From NCBI GenBank assembly GCA_002269645.1, contig NIVC01001804.1, forward strand, positions 42,978 to 106,977: a DNA stretch of 64,000 nucleotides, read 5' to 3'. Under the pieces are notes generated by a model. The model had not been told where the DNA came from. It worked only from the letters and a program-made list of their open reading frames with translations, and did not search any database. A program made the position numbers and the translations under genes. Positions 34,801-46,800 of the stretch are shown piece after piece. This DNA comes from Macrostomum lignano. Its lineage: Eukaryota. How positions within the stretch are numbered: position 1 is the stretch's first letter; every line of letters begins with the position of its first letter.

Positions 34801-37222
34801 AATTAAAATTTTTTCAGCATTTAGTACGACTCACTAATCAATATTCGATACATATCGGCAGAATTTTGCAGAACTCTGGATTTAGCAATGCCTTCAGCAG
34901 TTTAGCAGCATTGTCTGTAGTTTAGCAAGTTCATGCTTTAAATGGAGCTAGGCAACACCCATTGATGAGACCAGCAAAACTTGAAGCAGTTTTACAAATC
35001 AAATTTGCTTAGTAGCTTGTGCCGATTAGCAAAAATAATTAATTGCTACTTAATAAAAAATGCTTCAATCGCTAATAGATGTAATCGAAAGATGTTCCAA
35101 TTAGTCGATACAAAAGTTACAAATAAAAATTAATTAATTAAAATTTAATTGTTTGCAGCGAGGTTGTCTCGAACCTGGGACCTTACGCCTAGCCTAAACC
35201 TAGTGCCTACAGTGCGGCTACTCCGCCTATTGATGGAAAGGCGAGAAAATCAGCCATATAAGCTTCGGCACTGCAATCAAATACATAGCAGTGATAGGCT
35301 GCTCAGTGCGCAGGCAGAGCCAATGCACAGTTGAGTGAAATCTATAAATAGCAATTGTCTATGCAGTCCGTCAGTCAGCCAGGGTCAGAATGTACACACG
35401 CAGCCAGAATGTACACATGCTGCACTGAGCATTTTTCTCTCCCTTGCACACTGCAGCCAGTATTGAAACTTACACAGTGGAGAGAGAAAATTTATGGCGC
35501 AATGTCAATTGGAGTTTCAATTCAAGTTAAATAGAGTTTTCCTATCAGTTGGCACTGGCGCAATCATTAAAATTGGCTGTGAAGTTTTTTCACTGCGCGC
35601 AGGCTGATACAATTTGCATTAAAAAAGCCTATTTAAAACAGTTTTTCAAATCCAATTAGCATCCCTTTAGCATTAAAGCAGATATAAGAAATTTTAACTG
35701 TCTTTTTTTCCAGACAATTTTAAATCTTTTGGCGAAAACGCGATCAAAATTAATCAAGAATTGCACTCTCTAGAGCGTTACAGACAGACAAACAGACAAA
35801 CAGAAAACAGACAAACAGACAAACAGACAAACAGACAAACAGACAAACAGACAAACAGACAAACAGACAAACAGACAAACAGACAAACAGACAAACAGAC
35901 AAACAGACAAACAGACAAACAGACAAACAGAAAACAGACAAACAGACAAACAGATCTTAGCGATTTAGTATAGGTGGAATGGATGGATGGATGGAGGATG
36001 GATGGATTTCTAATTATCTGAGCTGCTCGCAGATGGAGTTTCTAAGAAAATCAGAAAAAATCAGCATTGGCGAGAGCGCATCCGATTTCTCACACGCAGC
36101 TCATTTTCCATTTTTGCAGCATGATTTTCCTTCCACCTCACAATGTCTATCAAGGCACTCACGCACAGCCTCCCAGTTCTCCATCTGCAGCTCAACCCAC
36201 ACACTCTCACTGCACACCGAGGCCCTACAGCTTCCATTCTCGACTGAGATCAACCGGCACCCCATTGGCTAAGAGGCAGCCAGCCAATCACAGCTCTCGC
36301 CCATCAAGCAGTCAGTCAGAGACAAGCTCAGCTGACTGGCTCTGATTGGCTGGCCTGAGACTGCAGCACTGGCCACCGCAGCAGAATGCTGCAAAACTTG
36401 ATGGACACAGCAGCGAACTGCTCACTTACCGCTCGATGTAGCTGGCCAGCTCTGAGTGGCCGCTGAGCCTCGCCAGGTCCAACGCCGTCCGACCCTCGCG
36501 ATCCTGCAGTCCGAGCAGCCGCGACCTCTTCGAGTTTCCGTGATTCAAGCATTCATTGAATTTAAACTGCCTAAGCAGGTGCAGCAGGTGCTTGGCGCAT
36601 TTCCAGCGTCCAGTCCGCGCCGCCTCCATCAGCGGAGTGGCGCCGTTGTCGTTCCGCAGCCACTTCGCATCGAAAGACAGCAGCGTCAGCAGACGCAGGT
36701 GGTCCTGCCGGGCTGCTAGGTGCGCAGCCGTGTCGCCGTTCGCGTCAGCCGCCTTGGGGTTCGCGGCCAGCTTAAATAAGTACAAGATGCACTTTTCAGT
36801 GTGCACGGGAGTCTCAGGAGCGTCGGCCACCAGCATGAGGACGGTCCGACGATCTGCATCAGCGCTGGTGACCAGCTGGCGCGTTGCCAGCCGCCGCACC
36901 TGTCCGAAGTCACCTCGGATGACGTCGTGGGCGAGAGTATGGAGATCGGCTGGTGAGTCTCCGACGCTTGCCCGGTTGCTGGGGTCCGGCTGAGTGAGTT
37001 CCTGCAACTGCAATTAAGCACTAAAGCTGCACATTGAAACATGTGAGTGAGAACCAAAGATATTTTTCAAATGGATTGCTTTAACTCACAAAAAAATAAT
37101 ATTTCAAACAAAAGAATGCTACAAAACTTACATTCTTACAAAGAATCACCCTATGTACAATATAAGGTAAAACTTACCTTGTAATCAGAATAGTATATCA
37201 CCTTAGAGGCCGCACTGCCCAT
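19840..37222 (-). CDS. P2: ankyrin-only paralog of the ANK-caspase (399 aa) with an N-terminal MGSAASK exon and a stop in exon 5
   Basis: Exons: 37222-37178 (45 nt), 37007-36430 (578), 20968-20914 (55), 20840-20347 (494), 19867-19840 (28, ending in TAG). Total 1200 nt = 400 codons. The phases match, and remnants of the paralogous intron 2 survive at 25097-25130 and about 35995-36420. Confidence 0.68.
19882..20190 (+). repeat. 34-bp minisatellite in P2 intron 4, about 9 units
   Basis: AAACTCAGAGTGTGGATTTCAAATTGCAGAGTRT units starting at 19891, 19925 and so on. Confidence 0.92.
20347..20840 (-). CDS. P2 exon 4: ANK-A domain
   Basis: EEADRKELQRL...DSCLHWAGFGGNSAAASALLAAGASANARN...LAELLRG; donor GG|GTGAGT. 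Confidence 0.85.
21056..25096 (-). mobile_element. Non-autonomous Helitron unit H1 (interrupted by an RTE)
   Basis: Minus-strand 3' end GCCCCCCATCGGGGGGC-GAAGATTT-CTAG|T at 21056; 5' end TCTATATACTAA at 25096. Contains internal 18-bp and 23-bp satellites. Confidence 0.7.
21257..23465 (-). mobile_element. 5'-truncated RTE-clade non-LTR retrotransposon with an intact RT frame
   Basis: The ORF from about 23460 to 21304 has the end of the endonuclease (SDH), EQNGFR, DFRKAFDS, GVLQGDTLAPFLF and YADD. It has a 3' stem-loop (ACGCTGC...GCAGCGT), a (TTG)n tail, and a 10-bp TSD CCCCCCGATA at 21247-21256 and 23466-23475. Confidence 0.9.
23466..31810 (+). repeat. 18-bp GATAGCAAGCATCCCCCA satellite arrays (about 23466-24010, 25360-25860, 27120-28340, 30900-31810)
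   Basis: Direct tandem units, one array per Helitron unit. They are the source of the GMLAIW/GGCLLS pseudo-ORFs. Confidence 0.92.
24090..32960 (+). repeat. 23-bp GACATGGTGGCTCTTTAATGTTT satellite arrays (about 24090-24530, 28420-30170, 31910-32960); 24-bp variant at 26010-26300
   Basis: Direct tandem units without spacers, each following an 18-bp array inside a Helitron unit. Confidence 0.92.
25131..35974 (-). mobile_element. Head-to-tail array of four non-autonomous Helitron units (25131-26977, 26978-30779, 30780-33576, 33577 to about 35974)
   Basis: Three minus-strand junctions read hairpin...CTAG|TC(C/T)..ATACTAAAAATG with no intervening bases. The last unit is divergent: a different satellite at about 33940-34520 and a CAGACAAA microsatellite head. 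Confidence 0.68.
36430..37007 (-). CDS. P2 exon 2 (ANK-B), copy 1
   Basis: 578 nt; acceptor AATTGCAG|TTG; donor CG|GTAAGT. Confidence 0.85.
37178..37222 (-). CDS. P2 exon 1, copy 1: MGSAASKVIYYSDYK
   Basis: AAAAATG GGC AGT GCG GCC TCT AAG...TAC AAG|GTAAGT. 45 nt, phase 0, in frame with exon 2. Confidence 0.7.
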
Positions 37223-39222
37223 TTTTAAAGACTCGAGCAGTTAATCAACTGGAAAATCAAAATGCATGAGCAGCTGCGTCAACTCAAACTCAACAGATTA
37301 TATAGCGGCCTCAGAAGACATTGTCAGAGAGATGCACTGCCTGCGCCTCATTGGCTGAATGCAAACCCAGTGTCTCTGTTTCTGATTCTCTGCCGTACAG
37401 AATGCATACTACTCACGGCAGTAGAAGTTAGATTGTAGATATTATTTTCACTTTCGCATAATACTTTTTTCTGAATTTCTCTGTTGTAATACATGGCATA
37501 CAATGATAAAACAACAACAACAAAATACGTGCTCCGCGTCACAGTGCGCGCCTCAAAGGTAGGTCTCGAATGAACGCCCCGCCGCCGACCGAATCTGGGG
37601 CGCCGGCGTCAGCCAGCAGGCAGTCGACGAATCGCCGAGTGCGGGCTTGCCCCCCCCCCCCACCGGTAGGGTGCCTGCAGCGTCAATAGCAGCACCTCCT
37701 GCATCGGTTGTGGGAAGTACGTTCGGCTCTGATGATGTGGAATGCAAGCTGGAGTCGCCGACGGCGCAACAGGTCGCTTGGACGAACCAGGCCGTCATGG
37801 TGATAGAAAGCTGCGTTGGTCACTCGCTCGTTGCCGATCCTGAAGGCAGCGCTTAGCAGGTCAGCGTGCGCCGCGTCAACTTGTTGCTTGAGCAACTCCA
37901 TCAGCGTCCAGGTCTCGGCGTTGTACAACAGGACGGTCTCGATCACCGCCTGGAAAAACGCCAGGCGGTTTGCAGCGAGGTTGTCTCGAACCTGGGACCT
38001 TACGCCTAGCCTAAACCTAGTGCCTACAGTGCGGCTACTCCGCCTATTGATGGAAAGGCGAGAAAATCAGCCATAAACCTTCGGCACTGCAGTCAAATAC
38101 ATAGCAGTGATGGGCTGCTCAGTGCGCAGGCAGAGCCAATGCACAGTTGAGTGAAATCTATAAATAGCAATTGTCTATGCAGTCCGCCAGTCAGCCAGGG
38201 TCAGAATGTACACACGCAGCCAGAATGTACACATGCTGCACTGAGCATTTTTCTCTCCCTTGCACACTGCAGCCAGTATTGAAACTTACACAGTGGAGAG
38301 AGAAAATTTATGGCGCAATGTCAATTGGAGTTTCAATTCAAGTTAAATAGAGTTTTCCTATCAGTTGGCACTGGCGCAATCATTAAAATTGGCTGTGAAG
38401 TTTTTTCACTGCGCGCAGGCTGATACAATTTGCATTAAAAAAGCCTATTTAAAACAGTTTTTCAAATCCAATTAGCATCCCTTTAGCATTAAAGCAGATA
38501 TAAGAAATTTTAACTGTCTTTTTTTCCAGACAATTTTAAATCTTTTGGCGAAAACGCGATCAAAATTGGTCAAGAATTGCACTCTCTAAAGCGTTACAGA
38601 CAGACAAACAGACAAACAGACAAACAGACAAACAGACAAACAGACAAACAGACAAACAGACAAACAGACAAACAGACAAACAGACAAACAGACAAACAGA
38701 CAAACAGACAAACAGACAAACAGAAAACAGACAAACAGACAAACAGATCTTAGCGATTTAGTATAGGTGGAATGGATGGATGGATGGAGGATGGATGGAT
38801 TTCTAATTATCTGAGCTGCTCGCAGATGGAGTTTCTAAGAAAATCAGAAAAAATCAGCATTGGCGAGAGCGCATCCGATTTCTCACACGCAGCTCATTTT
38901 CCATTTTTGCAGCATGATTTTCCTTCCACCTCACAATGTCTATCAAGGCACTCACGCACAGCCTCCCAGTTCTCCATCTGCAGCTCAACCCACACACTCT
39001 CACTGCACACCGAGGCCCTACAGCTTCCATTCTCGACTGAGATCAACCGGCACCCCATTGGCTAAGAGGCAGCCAGCCAATCACAGCTCTCGCCCATCAA
39101 GCAGTCAGTCAGAGACAAGCTCAGCTGACTGGCTCTGATTGGCTGGCCTGAGACTGCAGCACTGGCCACCGCAGCAGAATGCTGCAAAACTTGATGGACA
39201 CAGCAGCGAACTGCTCACTTAC

Positions 39223-40015
39223 CGCTCGATGTAGCTGGCCAGCTCTGAGTGGCCGCTGAGCCTCGCCAGGTCCAACGCCGTCCGACCCTCGCGATCCTGC
39301 AGTCCGAGCAGCCGCGACCTCTTCGAGTTTCCGTGATTCAAGCATTCATTGAATTTAAACTGCCTAAGCAGGTGCAGCAGGTGCTTGGCGCATTTCCAGC
39401 GTCCAGTCCGCGCCGCCTCCATCAGCGGAGTGGCGCCGTTGTCGTTCCGCAGCCACTTCGCATCGAAAGACAGCAGCGTCAGCAGACGCAGGTGGTCCTG
39501 CCGGGCTGCTAGGTGCGCAGCCGTGTCGCCGTTCGCGTCAGCCGCCTTGGGGTTCGCGGCCAGCTTAAATAAGTACAAGATGCACTTTTCAGTGTGCACG
39601 GGAGTCTCAGGAGCGTCGGCCACCAGCATGAGGACGGTCCGACGATCTGCATCAGCGCTGGTGACCAGCTGGCGCGTTGCCAGCCGCCGCACCTGTCCGA
39701 AGTCACCTCGGATGACGTCGTGGGCGAGAGTATGGAGATCGGCTGGTGAGTCTCCGACGCTTGCCCGGTTGCTGGGGTCCGGCTGAGTGAGTTCCTGCAA
39801 CTGCAATTAAGCACTAAAGCTGCACATTGAAACATGTGAGTGAGAACCAAAGATATTTTTCAAATGGATTGCTTTAACTCACAAAAAAATAATATTTCAA
39901 ACAAAAGAATGCTACAAAACTTACATTCTTACAAAGAATCACCCTATGTACAATATAAGGTAAAACTTACCTTGTAATCAGAATAGTATATCACCTTAGA
40001 GGCCGCACTGCCCAT
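39223..40015 (-). CDS. P2 exon 1 (40015-39971) and exon 2 (39800-39223), copy 2
   Basis: Same exon sequences and splice sites as copy 1. Confidence 0.7.
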
Positions 40016-42014
40016 TTTTAAAGACTCGAGCAGTTAATCAACTGGAAAATCAAAATGCATGAGCAGCTGCGTCAACTCAAACTCAACAGATTATATAGCG
40101 GCCTCAGAAGACATTGTCAGAGAGATGCACTGCCTGCGCCTCATTGGCTGAATGCAAACCCAGTGTCTCTGTTTCTGATTCTCTGCCGTACAGAATGCAT
40201 ACTACTCACGGCAGTAGAAGTTAGATTGTAGATATTATTTTCACTTTCGCATAATACTTTTTTCTGAATTTCTCTGTTGTAATACATGGCATACAATGAT
40301 AAAACAACAACAACAAAATACGTGCTCCGCGTCACAGTGCGCGCCTCAAAGGTAGGTCTCGAATGAACGCCCCGCCGCCGACCGAATCTGGGGCGCCGGC
40401 GTCAGCCAGCAGGCAGTCGACGAATCGCCGAGTGCGGGCTTGCCCCCCCCCCCACCGGTAGGGTGCCTGCAGCGTCAATAGCAGCACCTCCTGCATCGGT
40501 TGTGGGAAGTACGTTCGGCTCTGATGATGTGGAATGCAAGCTGGAGTCGCCGACGGCGCAACAGGTCGCTTGGACGAACCAGGCCGTCATGGTGATAGAA
40601 AGCTGCGTTGGTCACTCGCTCGTTGCCGATCCTGAAGGCAGCGCTTAGCAGGTCAGCGTGCGCCGCGTCAACTTGTTGCTTGAGCAACTCCATCAGCGTC
40701 CAGGTCTCGGCGTTGTACAACAGGACGGTCTCGATCACCGCCTGGAAAAACGCCAGGCGGTTTGCAGCGAGGTTGTCTCGAACCTGGGACCTTACGCCTA
40801 GCCTAAACCTAGTGCCTACAGTGCGGCTACTCCGCCTATTGATGGAAAGGCGAGAAAATCAGCCATAAACCTTCGGCACTGCAGTCAAATACATAGCAGT
40901 GATGGGCTGCTCAGTGCGCAGGCAGAGCCAATGCACAGTTGAGTGAAATCTATAAATAGCAATTGTCTATGCAGTCCGCCAGTCAGCCAGGGTCAGAATG
41001 TACACACGCAGCCAGAATGTACACATGCTGCACTGAGCATTTTTCTCTCCCTTGCACACTGCAGCCAGTATTGAAACTTACACAGTGGAGAGAGAAAATT
41101 TATGGCGCAATGTCAATTGGAGTTTCAATTCAAGTTAAATAGAGTTTTCCTATCAGTTGGCACTGGCGCAATCATTAAAATTGGCTGTGAAGTTTTTTCA
41201 CTGCGCGCAGGCTGATACAATTTGCATTAAAAAAGCCTATTTAAAACAGTTTTTCAAATCCAATTAGCATCCCTTTAGCATTAAAGCAGATATAAGAAAT
41301 TTTAACTGTCTTTTTTTCCAGACAATTTTAAATCTTTTGGCGAAAACGCGATCAAAATTGGTCAAGAATTGCACTCTCTAAAGCGTTACAGACAGACAAA
41401 CAGACAAACAGACAAACAGACAAACAGACAAACAGACAAACAGACAAACAGACAAACAGACAAACAGACAAACAGACAAACAGACAAACAGACAAACAGA
41501 CAAACAGACAAACAGAAAACAGACAAACAGACAAACAGATCTTAGCGATTTAGTATAGGTGGAATGGATGGATGGATGGAGGATGGATGGATTTCTAATT
41601 ATCTGAGCTGCTCGCAGATGGAGTTTCTAAGAAAATCAGAAAAAATCAGCATTGGCGAGAGCGCATCCGATTTCTCACACGCAGCTCATTTTCCATTTTT
41701 GCAGCATGATTTTCCTTCCACCTCACAATGTCTATCAAGGCACTCACGCACAGCCTCCCAGTTCTCCATCTGCAGCTCAACCCACACACTCTCACTGCAC
41801 ACCGAGGCCCTACAGCTTCCATTCTCGACTGAGATCAACCGGCACCCCATTGGCTAAGAGGCAGCCAGCCAATCACAGCTCTCGCCCATCAAGCAGTCAG
41901 TCAGAGACAAGCTCAGCTGACTGGCTCTGATTGGCTGGCCTGAGACTGCAGCACTGGCCACCGCAGCAGAATGCTGCAAAACTTGATGGACACAGCAGCG
42001 AACTGCTCACTTAC

Positions 42015-42807
42015 CGCTCGATGTAGCTGGCCAGCTCTGAGTGGCCGCTGAGCCTCGCCAGGTCCAACGCCGTCCGACCCTCGCGATCCTGCAGTCCGAG
42101 CAGCCGCGACCTCTTCGAGTTTCCGTGATTCAAGCATTCATTGAATTTAAACTGCCTAAGCAGGTGCAGCAGGTGCTTGGCGCATTTCCAGCGTCCAGTC
42201 CGCGCCGCCTCCATCAGCGGAGTGGCGCCGTTGTCGTTCCGCAGCCACTTCGCATCGAAAGACAGCAGCGTCAGCAGACGCAGGTGGTCCTGCCGGGCTG
42301 CTAGGTGCGCAGCCGTGTCGCCGTTCGCGTCAGCCGCCTTGGGGTTCGCGGCCAGCTTAAATAAGTACAAGATGCACTTTTCAGTGTGCACGGGAGTCTC
42401 AGGAGCGTCGGCCACCAGCATGAGGACGGTCCGACGATCTGCATCAGCGCTGGTGACCAGCTGGCGCGTTGCCAGCCGCCGCACCTGTCCGAAGTCACCT
42501 CGGATGACGTCGTGGGCGAGAGTATGGAGATCGGCTGGTGAGTCTCCGACGCTTGCCCGGTTGCTGGGGTCCGGCTGAGTGAGTTCCTGCAACTGCAATT
42601 AAGCACTAAAGCTGCACATTGAAACATGTGAGTGAGAACCAAAGATATTTTTCAAATGGATTGCTTTAACTCACAAAAAAATAATATTTCAAACAAAAGA
42701 ATGCTACAAAACTTACATTCTTACAAAGAATCACCCTATGTACAATATAAGGTAAAACTTACCTTGTAATCAGAATAGTATATCACCTTAGAGGCCGCAC
42801 TGCCCAT
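42015..42807 (-). CDS. P2 exon 1 (42807-42763) and exon 2 (42592-42015), copy 3
   Basis: Same exon sequences and splice sites as copy 1. Confidence 0.7.
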
Positions 42808-43089
42808 TTTTAAAGACTCGAGCAGTTAATCAACTGGAAAATCAAAATGCATGAGCAGCTGCGTCAACTCAAACTCAACAGATTATATAGCGGCCTCAGA
42901 AGACATTGTCAGAGAGATGCACTGCCTGCGCCTCATTGGCTGAATGCAAACCCAGTGTCTCTGTTTCTGATTCTCTGCCGTACAGAATGCATACTACTCA
43001 CGGCAGTAGAAGTTAGATTGTAGATATTATTTTCACTTTCGCATAATACTTTTTTCTGAATTTCTCTGTTGTAATACATGGCATACAAT

Positions 43090-43850
43090 GATAAAACAAC
43101 AACAACAAAATACGTGCTCCGCGTCACAGTGCGCGCCTCAAAGGTAGGTCTCGAATGAACGCCCCGCCGCCGACCGAATCTGGGGCGCCGGCGTCAGCCA
43201 GCAGGCAGTCGACGAATCGCCGAGTGCGGGCTTGCCCCCCCCCCACCGGTAGGGTGCCTGCAGCGTCAATAGCAGCACCTCCTGCATCGGTTGTGGGAAG
43301 TACGTTCGGCTCTGATGATGTGGAATGCAAGCTGGAGTCGCCGACGGCGCAACAGGTCGCTTGGACGAACCAGGCCGTCATGGTGATAGAAAGCTGCGTT
43401 GGTCACTCGCTCGTTGCCGATCCTGAAGGCAGCGCTTAGCAGGTCAGCGTGCGCCGCGTCAACTTGTTGCTTGAGCAACTCCATCAGCGTCCAGGTCTCG
43501 GCGTTGTACAACAGGACGGTCTCGATCACCGCCTGGAAAAACGCCACCCTCTGGCGGTCAGGTAGGCCCTTGGATTGCAAGACTGCCCTCACAGAATAAA
43601 AGGCAGCCCATGACGTCAAGAACTAGACCGCCGAGGAAGTCGAACTGCTGACAACACGAAAGCTCCGTCGCCGGGCCATCTGCGCCTTGACTCATAAATG
43701 CAACCTCGATGTCGTCCGGCACGCAGGGCACAACGGTTTTCTGTGTATTGACCACCAGACCGACAGCTTGTACAGTTGTTTCTGGGCGCCCTCGACCGTT
43801 CAGGACAGCAGGACGAGATCGTCAGCGTAGCCAAGCACGCTGAGCCGCCT
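43090..43850 (-). mobile_element. Degenerate RTE 3' fragment (shorter copies at 37510-37967 and about 40305-40759)
   Basis: VIETVLLYNAETWTL...VDAAHADLL and SVLGYADDL-like sequence homologous to 21304-22100; (TTG)n tail; frameshifted. Confidence 0.85.
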
Positions 43851-46800
43851 CTATCGTTGACGTCACCGCAACAGTTTTTTTAAAATAATAAACGATAAAC
43901 AAGAATACGTGTCTATTGTGTTGAGAATGCACCGTGCCTGGAGTCGCGTGACCGTGTAGAGAGGTGGGTGGATGGACAAGAGACGGGGAGGGAGAGAAGA
44001 ATGGCAAGCCGAAAAGATGAGAGCGAGGGAGAAGAATTCTGATGTACCAAATCCTATAATAACTATTATACTATCTAAAAGTGCAAGTTTGGTGAAAGCA
44101 GGTTTCTAGTTGTGAAATGAGAGAGTATTATATTAAAGCCAGCCTGCAAAAGCTTATCGAAGAAACTACCTGGCATATTATTCTGCATTAACTTCATGGC
44201 CTAACTAAAAATTATTTTTATAAGCTTCGTTTTATAATTGCGTGCTGTAAAACGGTTGCTTACAGAAAAATACGTCTTCTAAATCTGGCTTTACTCAAGT
44301 TTACACGGCTTTCAGGAATTAACAAAATATAATTTCATTCTACTGCAATATAAAATGATGGCGAAGTTTGTTTATTATCCACAGGATTTAAAAAACTACG
44401 CCATCAAGAGCAAAAAACGACTGTAAACTCAATGATTGTACGCTCGTATAGAATTGTTTGGAGATGCAATCAACCGTAGAAATATGTTAACACATGGATC
44501 TCACTTATGTAAAAAATGCAATACCCAGTTGACATCGTTTTAAAGAGAATTAATTTGACTATTTGAGACGATAATTACATGTACGTCGTACGCCACTCCT
44601 CTGCAGAGGACTTGAATCTGAGACTGGGATTAAAGGTGACCCTTAATTACCTCCCGTCGCCATCTTTGGTTGTTATCATCTCGGAAGCGTCAGCGCTGGA
44701 GGTCGCGGTTCATCACCGGATGATTGCGTCACCAACACCGCGTTTCAGCAGCCACTCTTGCATCATGCGCATCTTTTATTAGTACATGGATATAACTGCC
44801 TGTCTGCCTGTTTGTCTTGCTTTATTCTTTTTTAAAGGGGCGCAACGTTTTAATTGCGCTACAACTTTTCAGCAGTTTCTAGAAGAGTCTGTAAGGTGCT
44901 CTAGAATCTCCTTAGCAATACTTACTAAATGTCATCTTGCATTTTTAGTATGCATCTCTATTGTATATCTCCAAGAGGCGGGCAGGAGGGGGCATGTCCC
45001 TCAGTAAATGCTTCGTGGGGACATTTCAATGCTTTGTCCCCCGCACCAGCTCTGTGACCTGATATGTAAATCAAGAATTTTGTTTCAGGACACCAAAATG
45101 CGTATCTGCCGCGCTAAATGAGTGACTGAGGTGCCAAAATGAGTGACTCAAGTGGAAAATTCTTCACGTAGGAAAAGAGACCAGTGTATCTCCTAAAGAA
45201 ATAGTTCTATCGGATCAATGCCCAGCTCTATCAGTAAATAATTACACCAATATTCTTTCAAAGAAGTTGCGTAACTCGCTGCTTATCTCGTTTCAGAAGA
45301 CATCAAACCCAGTACACAAAAACTGCCAACCTGACTTAACAATAGGCTGAGCTGCTTCTACGAGTAAATCTAAAACTGTCCTTCATTCAAAACCAAAGAA
45401 ATTAATTTTGCCACTATCTATGCGCTCGTAAATATAGAAACTGAAACACGCAAATGCAGCAATGCTGTTTATTGAGACGAAGGGGCACATGGCACGCCAC
45501 AGCAGCTCCAGATTAAAGATTAAATGCAGACTGAAAAATAGATTCAGAGAGACCTACAAGTATGACCGTACGAACTCAGAAAAGAGTAAAATGCAGGGCT
45601 GAAACAGAATGCGGGCTGTGGTTGATGTGTGGGTGAGAAACTTCAAAAGAAAAGAGCGGAAAAGAGAGGGAGTGTAACTCGTATATCTAGCAATATTTTT
45701 GAAACTGAAAAACAGTTTCTGATAAATTTAGAAAACGAAAGCCAGAGCGTCTATAGACGGTGAGTGGAATATTAAAATAGACGATTAGGCACGGACAGAG
45801 GTTTTCAAAACAAAATTAAGTTGCCAAATACTTAACATACTACTTATGTTATTAGTCGCAGTTCGTTGCCCTGCATCTTGATGCAGTATCCAGACTGAAT
45901 ATCCAGACCACAGATTATCACCCAGAACGGTCATTCACGGTGACAGCAGTGACAGCAGTGACCGCAGTTTGTGAACAGTGATAAAGTCCTGGCTGCATAG
46001 TGCAGGCAACTGTCAGCCAATACATTCGCCAAATTCACTTATTGGTCAATTGAAATCTTCAAAATCAAAGGAATATACAGGAAATCTAGCTAGGTGACAT
46101 TGTTTCCAACTCTTGTGCATAATTGCTTTCGTTAGCGGTTCTAAAAAACAATTCTTCAACAGCTTTAGAATAATTGAGTCTAAGAATTTCAATAAATAAG
46201 CATGAATAAGAGTTCCGTTGAAAAATTTATATGCTAGTCTCACTTATCGTAAATACAAAGTTTGTCTGATAATGAATAGTGAATTATGATAACGAAATAC
46301 AATGTAAAGACGAGCTACTCACTAAACAACATGTTAAAGTTTGCACCCGACACCTGCGGCCAACTTTTCTCACATCTAAGCGATTTTCCTCTCAACTGTG
46401 GGTGATGCAGCTTCCGACACAATAAGGCCCCAGTTTATTAACCTGATGAGGAGAGACAGGAGAGCTATGACCACAGAGTTGGATTAAGCTCGACCACTTT
46501 CAGTTCTCATGCAGACCTCATGAACGGGTCTCATAAGCAAAAACGTTCTGAAATTAAAAATTGCATGTATGAGTAGATCTCATCTGAGAGTTTTTTTTCT
46601 CTATTTGATATCTATCTCAATTGCTTCGATCCTTTGGCCCTCTTAATACATGTATACGTATTATACAGGCTGCCAATCGGGACCCAAAAACCATGCTACT
46701 TGTAAATTACTGTATCAAGAGCGAGAACGAGAATTTAATCACCTGTAGCACTGCCTGGAGTTGTTTCTTGGGCTCTCGGTGGTTGGGTGCTCATATATGG

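Larger units (their letters stand above)
35151..43558. repeat. Three tandem copies of an approximately 2.8-kb segment (Helitron head, P2 exon 2, P2 exon 1, RTE 3' remnant)
   Basis: GTTTGCAGCG starts at 35151, 37968 and 40760. The ANK-B ORFs at 36426, 39219 and 42011 have identical translations. Confidence 0.93.
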
